Shown: in pieces, positions 19,580-28,001 of the stretch | How the letters are laid out: each line of letters starts with the position of its first letter | Numbering within the stretch: the first letter of the stretch is position 1 | DNA from: Myxococcales bacterium | Lineage (GTDB): Bacteria; Myxococcota; Myxococcia; Myxococcales; Anaeromyxobacteraceae | Length of the DNA: 29,843 nucleotides | Assembly: GCA_021784495.1 (NCBI GenBank) | Contig: JAJXSQ010000001.1 | Span: 1-29,843, forward strand | Direction of reading: 5' to 3' | Notes under the pieces: model-generated | The model's input: only the letters and a program-made list of their open reading frames with translations | What the model was told of the DNA's origin: nothing | Database searches by the model: none | Made by a program: the position numbers and the translations under genes

Positions 19580-21178
19580 ATGCCGATCGATCCGACGGGC
19601 GCCGCGCCGGCGCCGCTCCACGCCGACTCGCCGGAGATCCTCGAGCTCCTCGCCCGGCCGAACGGCGCCCGGCGCGAGGTCCCCCCCGACCGCCAGATCT
19701 TCGTCAACCGGAGCCTCCGGATGGACCGGATCGAGGCGATCGGCTTCGACATGGACTACACCCTGGCCATCTACCAGCTCCGCGAGCTGGAGGACCTGGC
19801 CTTCCGGATGACGGTCGCCCGGCTCGTCGAGCACCACGGCCACCCCGAGGCGCTCCGCGCCATCCGGTACGATCCGGAGCGCGTCATCCGCGGCCTCGTC
19901 GTCGACAAGCTCCACGGCAACATCTTCAAGATGGACCGGCACAACCACGTGGGGCGGGCCTTCCACGGGCGCCGCCCCATCCCCCCCGACCAGCTCCACC
20001 GGCTCTACCGCGACGAGAAGATCCACCTCTCGTCTCCCCGCTTCGCCTGGATCGACACCCTCTTCGCGCTGCCCGAGGCCTGCCTCTTCGCCGAGGCGAT
20101 CGAGCTGGTCGAGGCCGGGGGCGGGGTGATCGACTACGCCCGCCTCCACGGCGACATCCGGGAGGCGATCGACACCGTGCACCGCGACGGCTCGCTCAAG
20201 GCGGTGGTCCTCGCCGACCTCGACCGGTTCCTGGTGCGGGACCAGGATCTGGGCGCCGCGCTCCACCGCCTCCGCTCCGGCGGCAAGCGGCTCTTCCTCC
20301 TCACCAACTCGCTCTCCGCCTACACCGACGCGGTGATGTCGCACGCCCTCGACGGCCTCCTGCCCGAGTACCCGAGCTGGAGGAACTACTTCGACGCCGT
20401 CGTGACCGGCGCCGCCAAGCCGGCCTTCTTCTCGGAGCGCCACCCGCTCCTGCTGCTCGGGCCGGACGGGGCGCCGGCGGGCGAGGCCACCTCGCTCGAC
20501 CGAGGCCGGACCTACCAGGGCGGCGATCTCGGGCGGCTCGAGGAGCTGCTCGGCGTCTCCGGCGACCGGATCCTCTACGTCGGCGACCACATCTACGGCG
20601 ACATCCTGCGCTCCCGGAAGAGCTCCCTGTGGCGGACCTGCCTCGTCATCGGCGAGCTGGAGCGCGAGATCCTCTGGCTCACCGGGAACCGCGAGCCCAT
20701 CGGAGAGCTCACCCGGCTCGAGACGCTCCGGCTCCGGATCGAGGACGCGATCGCGTCGCACCGGGCCGGGCTCAACGCCGCCGAGCGCCGCCTCGACCGC
20801 GCCGGCGCGAGCGAGGAGCGGGCGCCGCTCGCGGCCGACCGGCGGCGGCTCAAGCAGGAGCTCGAGCTCCTCCGGGGTGGACTCCGCGACGCCGTCGAGC
20901 GGATCGGCGCGATCGCGCGTGCGCTCGAGGCCGGGGTGAACCCGCTCTGGGGGCTCACCTTCAAGGAGGGGAACGAGAACTCCCGGCTCGGGGAGCAGGT
21001 GGAGGACTACGCCTGCCTCTACACCAGCCGCGCCTCCAACTTCGGCTTCTACTCTCCGATCGAGTACTTCCGCTCCCCCCGCGCGGCGATGCCCCACGAG
21101 CGCGCGACCATCGTCTTCCAGACCTGGGGGACCGAGCACGCCCCGGCCCGGGCCGCCGCCCGCCCCTCCCGGGCCTGA
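19580..21178 (+). CDS. HAD-superfamily IG 5'-nucleotidase (cN-II/NT5DC type)
   Basis: 532 aa with GFDMDYTLA (motif I), LLTNS, AAKPAFF, YVGDHIYGDI, a helical insert and ACLYTS. Confidence 0.92.
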   Translation: MPIDPTGAAPAPLHADSPEILELLARPNGARREVPPDRQIFVNRSLRMDRIEAIGFDMDYTLAIYQLRELEDLAFRMTVARLVEHHGHPEALRAIRYDPERVIRGLVVDKLHGNIFKMDRHNHVGRAFHGRRPIPPDQLHRLYRDEKIHLSSPRFAWIDTLFALPEACLFAEAIELVEAGGGVIDYARLHGDIREAIDTVHRDGSLKAVVLADLDRFLVRDQDLGAALHRLRSGGKRLFLLTNSLSAYTDAVMSHALDGLLPEYPSWRNYFDAVVTGAAKPAFFSERHPLLLLGPDGAPAGEATSLDRGRTYQGGDLGRLEELLGVSGDRILYVGDHIYGDILRSRKSSLWRTCLVIGELEREILWLTGNREPIGELTRLETLRLRIEDAIASHRAGLNAAERRLDRAGASEERAPLAADRRRLKQELELLRGGLRDAVERIGAIARALEAGVNPLWGLTFKEGNENSRLGEQVEDYACLYTSRASNFGFYSPIEYFRSPRAAMPHERATIVFQTWGTEHAPARAAARPSRA

Positions 21179-21215
21179 AGGCCGCGCCCTCCCGCGCCGG
21201 CGCGCCCCGCGCCGC

Positions 21216-21244
21216 TTGACGCTGCGCTCCCCCTCCCGTAGACC
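21216..21244 (+). promoter_or_regulatory. Sigma70-like promoter for selC
   Basis: TTGACG-17 nt-TAGACC, 7 nt upstream of tRNA G1. Confidence 0.6.
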
Positions 21245-21251
21245 GGACGTC

Positions 21252-21350
21252 GGCAGGGCGCCCCAGGCTGGTGCCGGGCCCGGTCTTCAAAACCGGTGTG
21301 TGGCGCCGAGAGGCGCTGCAGGCGGGTTCGATTCCCGTGCTCTGCCGCCA
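21252..21350 (+). tRNA. selC: tRNA-Sec (UCA), CCA encoded
   Basis: 8-bp acceptor stem GGCAGGGC/GCTCTGCC, long D-stem with a 4-nt TGGT loop, anticodon arm CCGGT-CTTCAAA-ACCGG, 9-bp variable arm with GAGA loop, T arm GCGGG-TTCGATT-CCCGT, and a G73-CCA end. Confidence 0.96.
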
Positions 21351-21379
21351 CCGGATGCGCTCGCACCCCGAGGCAAACG

Positions 21380-22066
21380 ATGAAGCACCTCGCCGCCTCC
21401 GCCGCCCTGCTGCTCGCCGGTTGCGCCGCCGGGACCTGGTCCTCGTCGCCCGACGCCGAGGCTCGCCGCTGGGACGGCCTGCCGCGACTCGGCCCGATCC
21501 AGGTCGCCCTCCTCTATCACCGCGTGAGCGGGATCCCCGCGCCGGCCTCCGCGCTGGCGCGCGCCGAGCCCCTGGGCTGCGCGCCGCGCGACGACCGCGA
21601 CCGGACGGCGCCGGGGAGCGGCGCCGCCGGACAGCTCCGGGCCGACGAGGCCGCCGTCGCCGGGACCCGGCGCTGGCTCCTCCCCCTGCGCCGGACGCTC
21701 GGCGCTTACGACATGGTGCTGGGCGGCTTCCCGACGGGGCTCCGCGACGGCGCGGTCGTCGCCTTCGCCGGGCCGGACTACTGCGGGGAGCCGCTCGACT
21801 ACCGCGTCGCCCTGACGAACGGAGGCGCCTTCGGCCTCCTCCCGATCGACGCGGGCGCGGCCGTGCGGCTCATCCGGGACTCCCCCTCGCGCGAGGTGGA
21901 GCAGGACCTGGAGGTCGAGGTGACCGGCGCCCAGCCGGTCGGGGGCCGGCCGGTGCTCCTCGCCCGGATCCGCCGGCTGCGCTCGCGCGACGCGGCCACC
22001 GGGGCGATCCTCTCCTCGACGGAGGGGGACCCCCGGCTGCGAAGCCGGGCGCTCACTCCACCTTGA
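21380..22066 (+). CDS. Putative lipoprotein of unknown function
   Basis: 228 aa. MKHLAASAALLLAG-C gives a lipobox, with a GAGG SD upstream and plausible coding composition. Confidence 0.72.
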   Translation: MKHLAASAALLLAGCAAGTWSSSPDAEARRWDGLPRLGPIQVALLYHRVSGIPAPASALARAEPLGCAPRDDRDRTAPGSGAAGQLRADEAAVAGTRRWLLPLRRTLGAYDMVLGGFPTGLRDGAVVAFAGPDYCGEPLDYRVALTNGGAFGLLPIDAGAAVRLIRDSPSREVEQDLEVEVTGAQPVGGRPVLLARIRRLRSRDAATGAILSSTEGDPRLRSRALTPP

Positions 22067-22253
22067 AGCCGATCCGGACCGTGACCTGGAACTCGTTCAC
22101 CTTGCCGTCCTGGATGCTCCCGCGCTGCTCCACCACCTCGAACCAGCTCATGTGGCGCAGCGACTTCGAGGCCTCGGCGACGGCCGCCTTCACCGCGCCG
22201 GCGAAGCTCTCCTTCGACGTCCCGACGATCTCGACCTTCTTGTAGACGGACAT
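22053..22253 (-). CDS. Dodecin (flavin/CoA-binding)
   Basis: 66 aa: VYKKVEIVGTS..SFAGAV..A...LRHMSWFEVVEQRG...EFQVTVRIGF. Confidence 0.93.
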   Translation of the reverse strand: MSVYKKVEIVGTSKESFAGAVKAAVAEASKSLRHMSWFEVVEQRGSIQDGKVNEFQVTVRIGFKVE

Positions 22254-22360
22254 GGCTCTCCCCGGCCGGGCGAGGTGCCCCCGGCGCGACCGATGCGTAC
22301 ACCCTTGGTCTCTACCGCGGCGCGCGGCGAACCGCGCCGGCCCTTCGGGGTCCCGGCGGG

Positions 22361-24328
22361 CTAGAGCTGGCCGCCGAGGTAGGTGTACCCCCGCATCACG
22401 TCCTCGTAGAAGTCGGAGAGGGAGACCCCGTCCTTCGGGCGGATGGCCCCGTCCTTGGTCCGCTGGTCGAGGGCGTTCTTGACCCGCCGGATCAGATCCG
22501 AGGGCTCGTACTGCACGCGGGAGAGGACCTTGGCGACCGTGTCGCCGGGGATGTACTCCTCGATGTAGTAGTCCTCGGGATCCTCGTCGTCGGCGAACAC
22601 GTGGATCTCGTTCACCCGGCCGAAGAGGTTGTGCATGTCCGCCAGGATGTCCTGGTAGGCGCCGGTGAGGAACATCCCCAGGTAGTAGGGCTCCCCGGGA
22701 CGCAGGGCGTGGAGCGAGAGCGTCTCGTCGACGCCGTCCCCCTCGATGAACCGGTCGATCTTCCCGTCCGAGTCGCAGGTGACGTCGACGATGGTGCAGT
22801 CCCGGGCCGGCGCTTCGCCCATCCGGTGGAGGGGGACGATGGGGAAGAGCTGGTCGAAGGCCCAGTGGTCCGGGGCGCTCTGGAAGAGGGAGAAGTTCGC
22901 CAGGTACTGATCGGCGATCTTGTCGCCGAGGTCGCGCGTCTCCCGGGGCAGCCGCTTCTTCCCGCGGTTCAGCTCGGCGATCTGGCGCGCCAGCTTCCAG
23001 AAGAGGGTCTCGACCACCGCCCGCTCCTCCAGGCCGAGGATCCCCAGCTTGAACATCTGGAGGGCCTCCTCCTTCTTGGCGGCGGCGTCGTGGTAGGCCT
23101 CGGCCCGGTTGCGCACCGTGAGCGAGGCCACGATCTCCCGCATCTCGCGCACCACCTTCGCCTCGGCGGGCTGCGCCACCGAGGCGGCCGCGATCTCCTC
23201 GGCCGACCCGATCTCGATGTGGCCGAAGACGTTCATGATGATGCAGCTGTGGTGCGCGGTGATCGCCCGCCCTGACTCGGAGACGACGTGCGGCTCCGGG
23301 ACGCCCTCGTTCCCGCAGACCCGCTGGAGGTTGTGGACGATGTCGCCCACGTACTCCTCCGGGCTGTAGTCCACCGAGGAGCTGTGGCCGTTCGAGTGGG
23401 TGCCCACGTAGTCGACGCCCAGCCCGCCGCCGACGTCGAAGTACTCGATGGGCAGCCCCATCTTGCGGAGCTTGGCGTAGACCCGGGCGCCCTCGTTCAC
23501 CGCGTCCTTGATCACCCGGATCTCGGTGATCTGGCTCCCGACGTGGAAGTGGAGGAGCTTGGCGCAGTGCTCCCGCCCCGCCTCCTTGAGGAGCCGGACC
23601 GCGTGGATGAGCTCGGGGATGGTCAGCCCGAACTTCGCGAAGTCGCCGGACGAGCCCTCCCACTTCCCGGTGCCCCGGGTGGTCAGCTTCGAGCGCAGGC
23701 CGATCATCGGCTCGACCTGCATCTCGTCGGCGATCCGGAGGAGCGCCGGGAGCTCCGAGAGCTTCTCGATGACCACGATCACCTTGCGGCCGAGCTTGCG
23801 CCCCAGGAGCGCGAGCCGCAGGAACTCCTCGTCCTTGTAGCCGTTGCAGATGGTGAGCGCCTCGGGATCCGCGTTCATCCCCAGGACGATGAGGAGCTCG
23901 CCCTTCGACCCCGCCTCGAGCCCGAAGTGGTAGGGGGCGCCGGCGTCGACGATCTCGTCGACCACCTCGCGCATCTGGTTCACCTTGACCGGGTAGACGC
24001 CGTAGTACCGGCCGCCGTAGCCCTGCTCGGCGATCGCCCGCGCGAAGCCCTCGTTGATCTGGCGGACCCGCGCGCGGAGCACGTCCTGGAACCGGACGAC
24101 GCAGGGCAGCCCGATCCGGCGCTCCCGGATGTCCTCGACGACGTCCATGACGTCGATGACCGGCCCGGGCTGCCCGTGGGGGTGGACCACGACGTGCCCC
24201 TTCTCGTTGACCGAGAAGAAGCCGGCCCCCCACCCGGCGATGTTGTAGTACTGCGTCGCGCGCTCGATCGACCAGTCGGCTGGCGCCATGGCCGTCGTCG
24301 CGTCGCTGCGGGTCTCGGGCACGCTCAT
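22361..24328 (-). CDS. speA: Biosynthetic arginine decarboxylase (PLP, fold III)
   Basis: 655 aa with YPVKVNQ (PLP Lys), GLEAGSKGE, HFHVGSQI, DVGGGLGVDY, SESGRA, DVTCDSDG and GAYQDIL..HNLFG. Confidence 0.96.
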   Translation of the reverse strand: MSVPETRSDATTAMAPADWSIERATQYYNIAGWGAGFFSVNEKGHVVVHPHGQPGPVIDVMDVVEDIRERRIGLPCVVRFQDVLRARVRQINEGFARAIAEQGYGGRYYGVYPVKVNQMREVVDEIVDAGAPYHFGLEAGSKGELLIVLGMNADPEALTICNGYKDEEFLRLALLGRKLGRKVIVVIEKLSELPALLRIADEMQVEPMIGLRSKLTTRGTGKWEGSSGDFAKFGLTIPELIHAVRLLKEAGREHCAKLLHFHVGSQITEIRVIKDAVNEGARVYAKLRKMGLPIEYFDVGGGLGVDYVGTHSNGHSSSVDYSPEEYVGDIVHNLQRVCGNEGVPEPHVVSESGRAITAHHSCIIMNVFGHIEIGSAEEIAAASVAQPAEAKVVREMREIVASLTVRNRAEAYHDAAAKKEEALQMFKLGILGLEERAVVETLFWKLARQIAELNRGKKRLPRETRDLGDKIADQYLANFSLFQSAPDHWAFDQLFPIVPLHRMGEAPARDCTIVDVTCDSDGKIDRFIEGDGVDETLSLHALRPGEPYYLGMFLTGAYQDILADMHNLFGRVNEIHVFADDEDPEDYYIEEYIPGDTVAKVLSRVQYEPSDLIRRVKNALDQRTKDGAIRPKDGVSLSDFYEDVMRGYTYLGGQL

Positions 24329-24337
24329 CGGCTCCGC

Positions 24338-24366
24338 TTATTACAGGGGAGCGGGAGAAAAATGAA
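24338..24366 (-). promoter_or_regulatory. Candidate speA promoter overlapping the ABC start codon
   Basis: TTCATT-17 nt-TAATAA, 9 nt before the speA ATG. Confidence 0.35.
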
Positions 24367-26215
24367 GTCCACCTCGCACAGATCTCCGGCCGCGCCCGCC
24401 GCCTCGCGGCTGGCGTCGGCGCGGACCGTGTTCCGCGGGGTGCCCGGGACGCTCCGGCTCGTCTGGGAGGCCGAGCCGGGCGCGGCGCTCCAGATCCTCG
24501 CCGTCACCGCCGGCCTGGCCCTCCTCCCCGCGGGGATCGCCTGGGTGGGGAAGCTGATCATCGACGGCGTGGCGGCGGCCGCGCGCGCCGGCGATCCCGC
24601 GACGCGCGCGGCGGTGCTGCGGCTGGTCGGGCTCGAGCTCGGGCTCATGTCCATCCAGCTCGCGCTCGGGCGTCTGCTCGGCCTGCGCCGGGAGCTCCTC
24701 CGCATCGCCCTCGGCAACCTGGTGGCGGAGCGCCTCCTCGCCAAGTCCCTCGAGCTCGAGCTGGCGCACTTCGAGGACAGCGAGATCTACGACGCGATGC
24801 AGAACGCGCGCCGGGAGGGGACCACCCGCCCGCTCTCGCTGGCCATGCAGCTCGTCACCGTCGGCCAGAACGCGATCACCCTGGTGGCCCTCTCCGGCCT
24901 CCTCTGGCGCCTGGCCCCGCTCGCCGTCCTCGGGCTGGTGGCGGCGGCGATCCCCGCCTTCCTGGCCGAGGCCCGGCTCGCCGGCGAGTCCTTCCGCCTC
25001 TACAGCTGGCGGGCCCCGGAGGGGCGCCGCCTGAACTACCTCGAGTGGATCCTCACCCGCGACGCGCACGTGAAGGAGGTGAAGCTCTACGGCCTCGGCC
25101 CGCTGATCCTCGCCCGCTACCGCGCCCTCTTCGAGAAGTTCGCCGGCGAGGATCGCCGGCTCGCGCTGCGCCGCCTCGCCGCCGGGGTGCTCTTCGGGCT
25201 GGTGGCGCTCGCCGCCTTCTACGCCGTGTACGCGCTCCTGGCCGGCCGCGCGGCCGGCGGCGCGATCACCCTCGGCGACCTCACCCTCTCGATCGCCGTC
25301 TTCCGCCAGGGCCAGGCCGCCATCCAGGCGGTGCTCGGCGGGGTCGGCGGGATGTACGAGGACGCCCTCTTCATGCAGACCCTCTTCGGCTTCCTCGCCC
25401 TCCCCACCGGCGGGGAGCGGGCCCGGTCGCACCCGGCGCCGACCCTCCCGCGCGGGAGGCCCCACCTGCTCGAGCTCGACCGGGTCTCCTTCCGCTACCC
25501 GGGCCGGACCGAGTGGGCCCTCCGCGACGTCTCGCTGACGCTCGCCCCCGGCGAGAAGCTCGGCCTCGTCGGCGAGAACGGCGCCGGGAAGTCCACCCTG
25601 GTGAAGCTCGTCCTCCGGCTCCACGAGCCGACCGAGGGGGCCATCCGCTACGGCGGGATCGACCTGCGGGATCTCGACCCCTCCGACCTGCGGGGCCGGA
25701 TCGGCGCCGTCTTCCAGGACTTCGTCCGGTACCAGTTCACCGTGCGGGAGAACGTGGGGCTCGGCGAGCCGGCGCGGATCGAGGACCGGGAGCGGATCGC
25801 GGCGGCGGCCCGCCGGGCCGGCGCCACCGCCCTGATCGAGGAGCTCCCGCGAGGCTGGGACACGGTCCTCGGCGGCTGGTTCGAGGACGGGCAGGAGCTC
25901 TCGGCCGGGCAGTGGCAGAAGCTCGCGGTGGCCCGGGCCTTCATGCGGGAGGAGGCCGAGCTCCTCGTCTTCGACGAGCCGACCGCCGCGATCGACGCCG
26001 AGGCGGAGCACGATCTCTTCGAGCGGTTCCAGCGGCTCGCCGCCGCGCGGACCGCCCTGGTCATCTCCCACCGGTTCTCGACGGTCCGGATCGCCGACCG
26101 GATCGCCGTCCTCCACGCGGGGCGGATCGAGGAGCTGGGGACCCACCGGGAGCTGCTGGCGAGGCGCGGGCGCTACGCCCACCTCTTCGAGCTCCAGGCC
26201 CGGGGGTACGCCTGA
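24362..26215 (+). CDS. ABC exporter, fused TMD-NBD half-transporter
   Basis: 617 aa from ATG 24362 (GGGAG SD), with about 6 TM helices, GENGAGKST, LSAGQWQK, VFDEPTAAID and ISHR. Confidence 0.93.
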   Translation: MKSTSHRSPAAPAASRLASARTVFRGVPGTLRLVWEAEPGAALQILAVTAGLALLPAGIAWVGKLIIDGVAAAARAGDPATRAAVLRLVGLELGLMSIQLALGRLLGLRRELLRIALGNLVAERLLAKSLELELAHFEDSEIYDAMQNARREGTTRPLSLAMQLVTVGQNAITLVALSGLLWRLAPLAVLGLVAAAIPAFLAEARLAGESFRLYSWRAPEGRRLNYLEWILTRDAHVKEVKLYGLGPLILARYRALFEKFAGEDRRLALRRLAAGVLFGLVALAAFYAVYALLAGRAAGGAITLGDLTLSIAVFRQGQAAIQAVLGGVGGMYEDALFMQTLFGFLALPTGGERARSHPAPTLPRGRPHLLELDRVSFRYPGRTEWALRDVSLTLAPGEKLGLVGENGAGKSTLVKLVLRLHEPTEGAIRYGGIDLRDLDPSDLRGRIGAVFQDFVRYQFTVRENVGLGEPARIEDRERIAAAARRAGATALIEELPRGWDTVLGGWFEDGQELSAGQWQKLAVARAFMREEAELLVFDEPTAAIDAEAEHDLFERFQRLAAARTALVISHRFSTVRIADRIAVLHAGRIEELGTHRELLARRGRYAHLFELQARGYA

Positions 26216-26811
26216 TGCGAGGGCTCGAGCAGATCCCCTGGATCTACGATCTCGGGCTGGCGATCGCCGAGCGCGGCGGCTTCGGCCGCTGGCGGCGCTG
26301 GCTCCCCGGCGGCGCCCGGGGCCGCACCCTCGACCTCGGCACCGGCACCGGGCGAAACCTCCCCTGGCTCCCCCCGGGGGCGCGGGCGATCGCCGTCGAT
26401 CCGCACGCCGAGAACCTGCGGGCCGCCCGGGCCCGCGCCCCGGGGATCCCCCTGGTGCGGGCGCGGGCCGAGGCGCTCCCCTTCCCCGACGCCACCTTCG
26501 ACACCGTGCTCTCCGGTCTCGTCTTCTGCTCGGTCGACGATCCCGCCGCCGGCCTCGCCGAGGTGCGCCGGATCCTGCGGCCGGGGGGGAGCCTGCGGAT
26601 GCTCGAGCACGTCCGGGCGTCCGGCCGCCTCGCCGGCTGGCTCCAGGACCTGGTCCAGCCCCCCTGGACCTGGGTGACCGGAGGCTGCCGGCCGAACCGG
26701 CCGACGGAGCGGACCGTCGCGGCGGCCGGCTTCGAGCTCGACCCGGGGGAGCGGCGCGGCGGCGGCACGATGCGCCGCTTCACCGCTCGCCCGCGCGACG
26801 GGGTCCGGTAG
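26215..26811 (+). CDS. Class I SAM-dependent methyltransferase (METTL7/PmtA-like)
   Basis: 198 aa, TGATG-coupled to the ABC gene, with LDLGTGTG, AEALPFPDATFDTV, VFCSVDDP, LRPGG and GGC. Confidence 0.9.
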   Translation: MRGLEQIPWIYDLGLAIAERGGFGRWRRWLPGGARGRTLDLGTGTGRNLPWLPPGARAIAVDPHAENLRAARARAPGIPLVRARAEALPFPDATFDTVLSGLVFCSVDDPAAGLAEVRRILRPGGSLRMLEHVRASGRLAGWLQDLVQPPWTWVTGGCRPNRPTERTVAAAGFELDPGERRGGGTMRRFTARPRDGVR

Positions 26812-26906
26812 GCGGCCTCGCCCGCGGGCCCCTTCGCGGGCCGCTTCGCCATTTGCCGGTGGGGTCGCCCCATGCGACCCTCGCCCCACTCGACGGAAGG
26901 GGCATC

Positions 26907-28001
26907 ATGGGGAACAGGTTCCGCATCGCGATCAACACCGGCGGGGGCGACGCTCCCGGGCTCAACGCCGTGATCTACGCCGTCACCATGGCCGCCCACG
27001 CCCGCGGCTGGGAGGTGCACGGCATCCAGCAGGGCTACGCCGGGCTCTTCGACACCAGCCGCCTCGTCCAGCTCACCCCGGAGCGGGTCGCCGGGATCAT
27101 GAACCACGGCGGCACCATCCTCGGCACCACCAACAAGGGAGATCCCTTCCGCCGCCCGGTCGAGCGACCCGATGGGACGGTCGAGTTCCGCGACGAGTCG
27201 GACCGGGTGGTCGAGAGCTTCCACCGGCTCGGCTTCGACGTGCTGGTCGCGCTCGGCGGGGACGGCTCGCTCCAGCTGGCCCACCGCCTCTCCCAGAAGG
27301 GCATCCCGGTCGTCGGCGTCCCGAAGACCATCGACAACGACCTGGTGGAGACCCACCAGACCTTCGGGTTCGACACCGCGGTGACCACCGCCACCGACGC
27401 GATCGACAAGCTCCACACCACCGCCGCCGCGCACGACCGGGTGATGGTGGTCGAGGTCATGGGGCGCTACGCGGGCTGGATCGCCCTCCACAGCGGCGCC
27501 GCCGGCGACGCCGACGTGATCCTGATCCCCGAGCTCCCCTTCGACATCGACCGGGTCTGCGCGCGCCTCGCGGAGAACGAGATCCAGGGCAAGCGCTACG
27601 GCATCGTGGTCGTCGCCGAGGGGGCCAAGGCGCGCGGCGGCGGCCTGGTCACGCGGGTGAACGAGGACGTCGGCCGCGAGGAGGTCCAGCTGGGCGGGAT
27701 CGCCGAGTGGGTGGCCCACGAGATCCACCGCCGCGCCGGGCGCGAGACGCGGTCGCTCGTCCTCGGCCACCTCCAGCGCGGCGGCTCTCCGACCACCTCC
27801 GATCGGCTGCTCTCCCTCCGCTTCGGCGCCGCCGCGGTCCGGTTCATCGCCGAGGGGCGCCGCAACGTCATGGTCGCCTGGCAGCCCCCGGAGATGCGCG
27901 CGGTCCCGATCGAGGAGGTGATCGGGCGCACCAAGCTCGTCCCGATCGACTCGGACACCGTCCGGACCTGCCGCGATCTGGGCATCTCCTTCGGCGACTA
28001 A
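26907..28001 (+). CDS. pfkA: 6-phosphofructokinase, group III / mixed-substrate type
   Basis: 364 aa with TGGGDAPGLN, GGTILGT, GGDGS, PKTIDND, EVMGR and LGHLQRGG. Confidence 0.95.
   Translation: MGNRFRIAINTGGGDAPGLNAVIYAVTMAAHARGWEVHGIQQGYAGLFDTSRLVQLTPERVAGIMNHGGTILGTTNKGDPFRRPVERPDGTVEFRDESDRVVESFHRLGFDVLVALGGDGSLQLAHRLSQKGIPVVGVPKTIDNDLVETHQTFGFDTAVTTATDAIDKLHTTAAAHDRVMVVEVMGRYAGWIALHSGAAGDADVILIPELPFDIDRVCARLAENEIQGKRYGIVVVAEGAKARGGGLVTRVNEDVGREEVQLGGIAEWVAHEIHRRAGRETRSLVLGHLQRGGSPTTSDRLLSLRFGAAAVRFIAEGRRNVMVAWQPPEMRAVPIEEVIGRTKLVPIDSDTVRTCRDLGISFGD

Noticed and set aside
21252-22300. Genomic island or prophage integrated at selC
   Set aside because: No integrase, no duplicated tRNA 3' end and no obvious compositional shift.
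26215-26811. Methyltransferase as a selenium-detoxification enzyme linked to selC
   Set aside because: It is about 5 kb away with unrelated genes between, and has no motif pointing to TPMT/TehB-type Se methylases.
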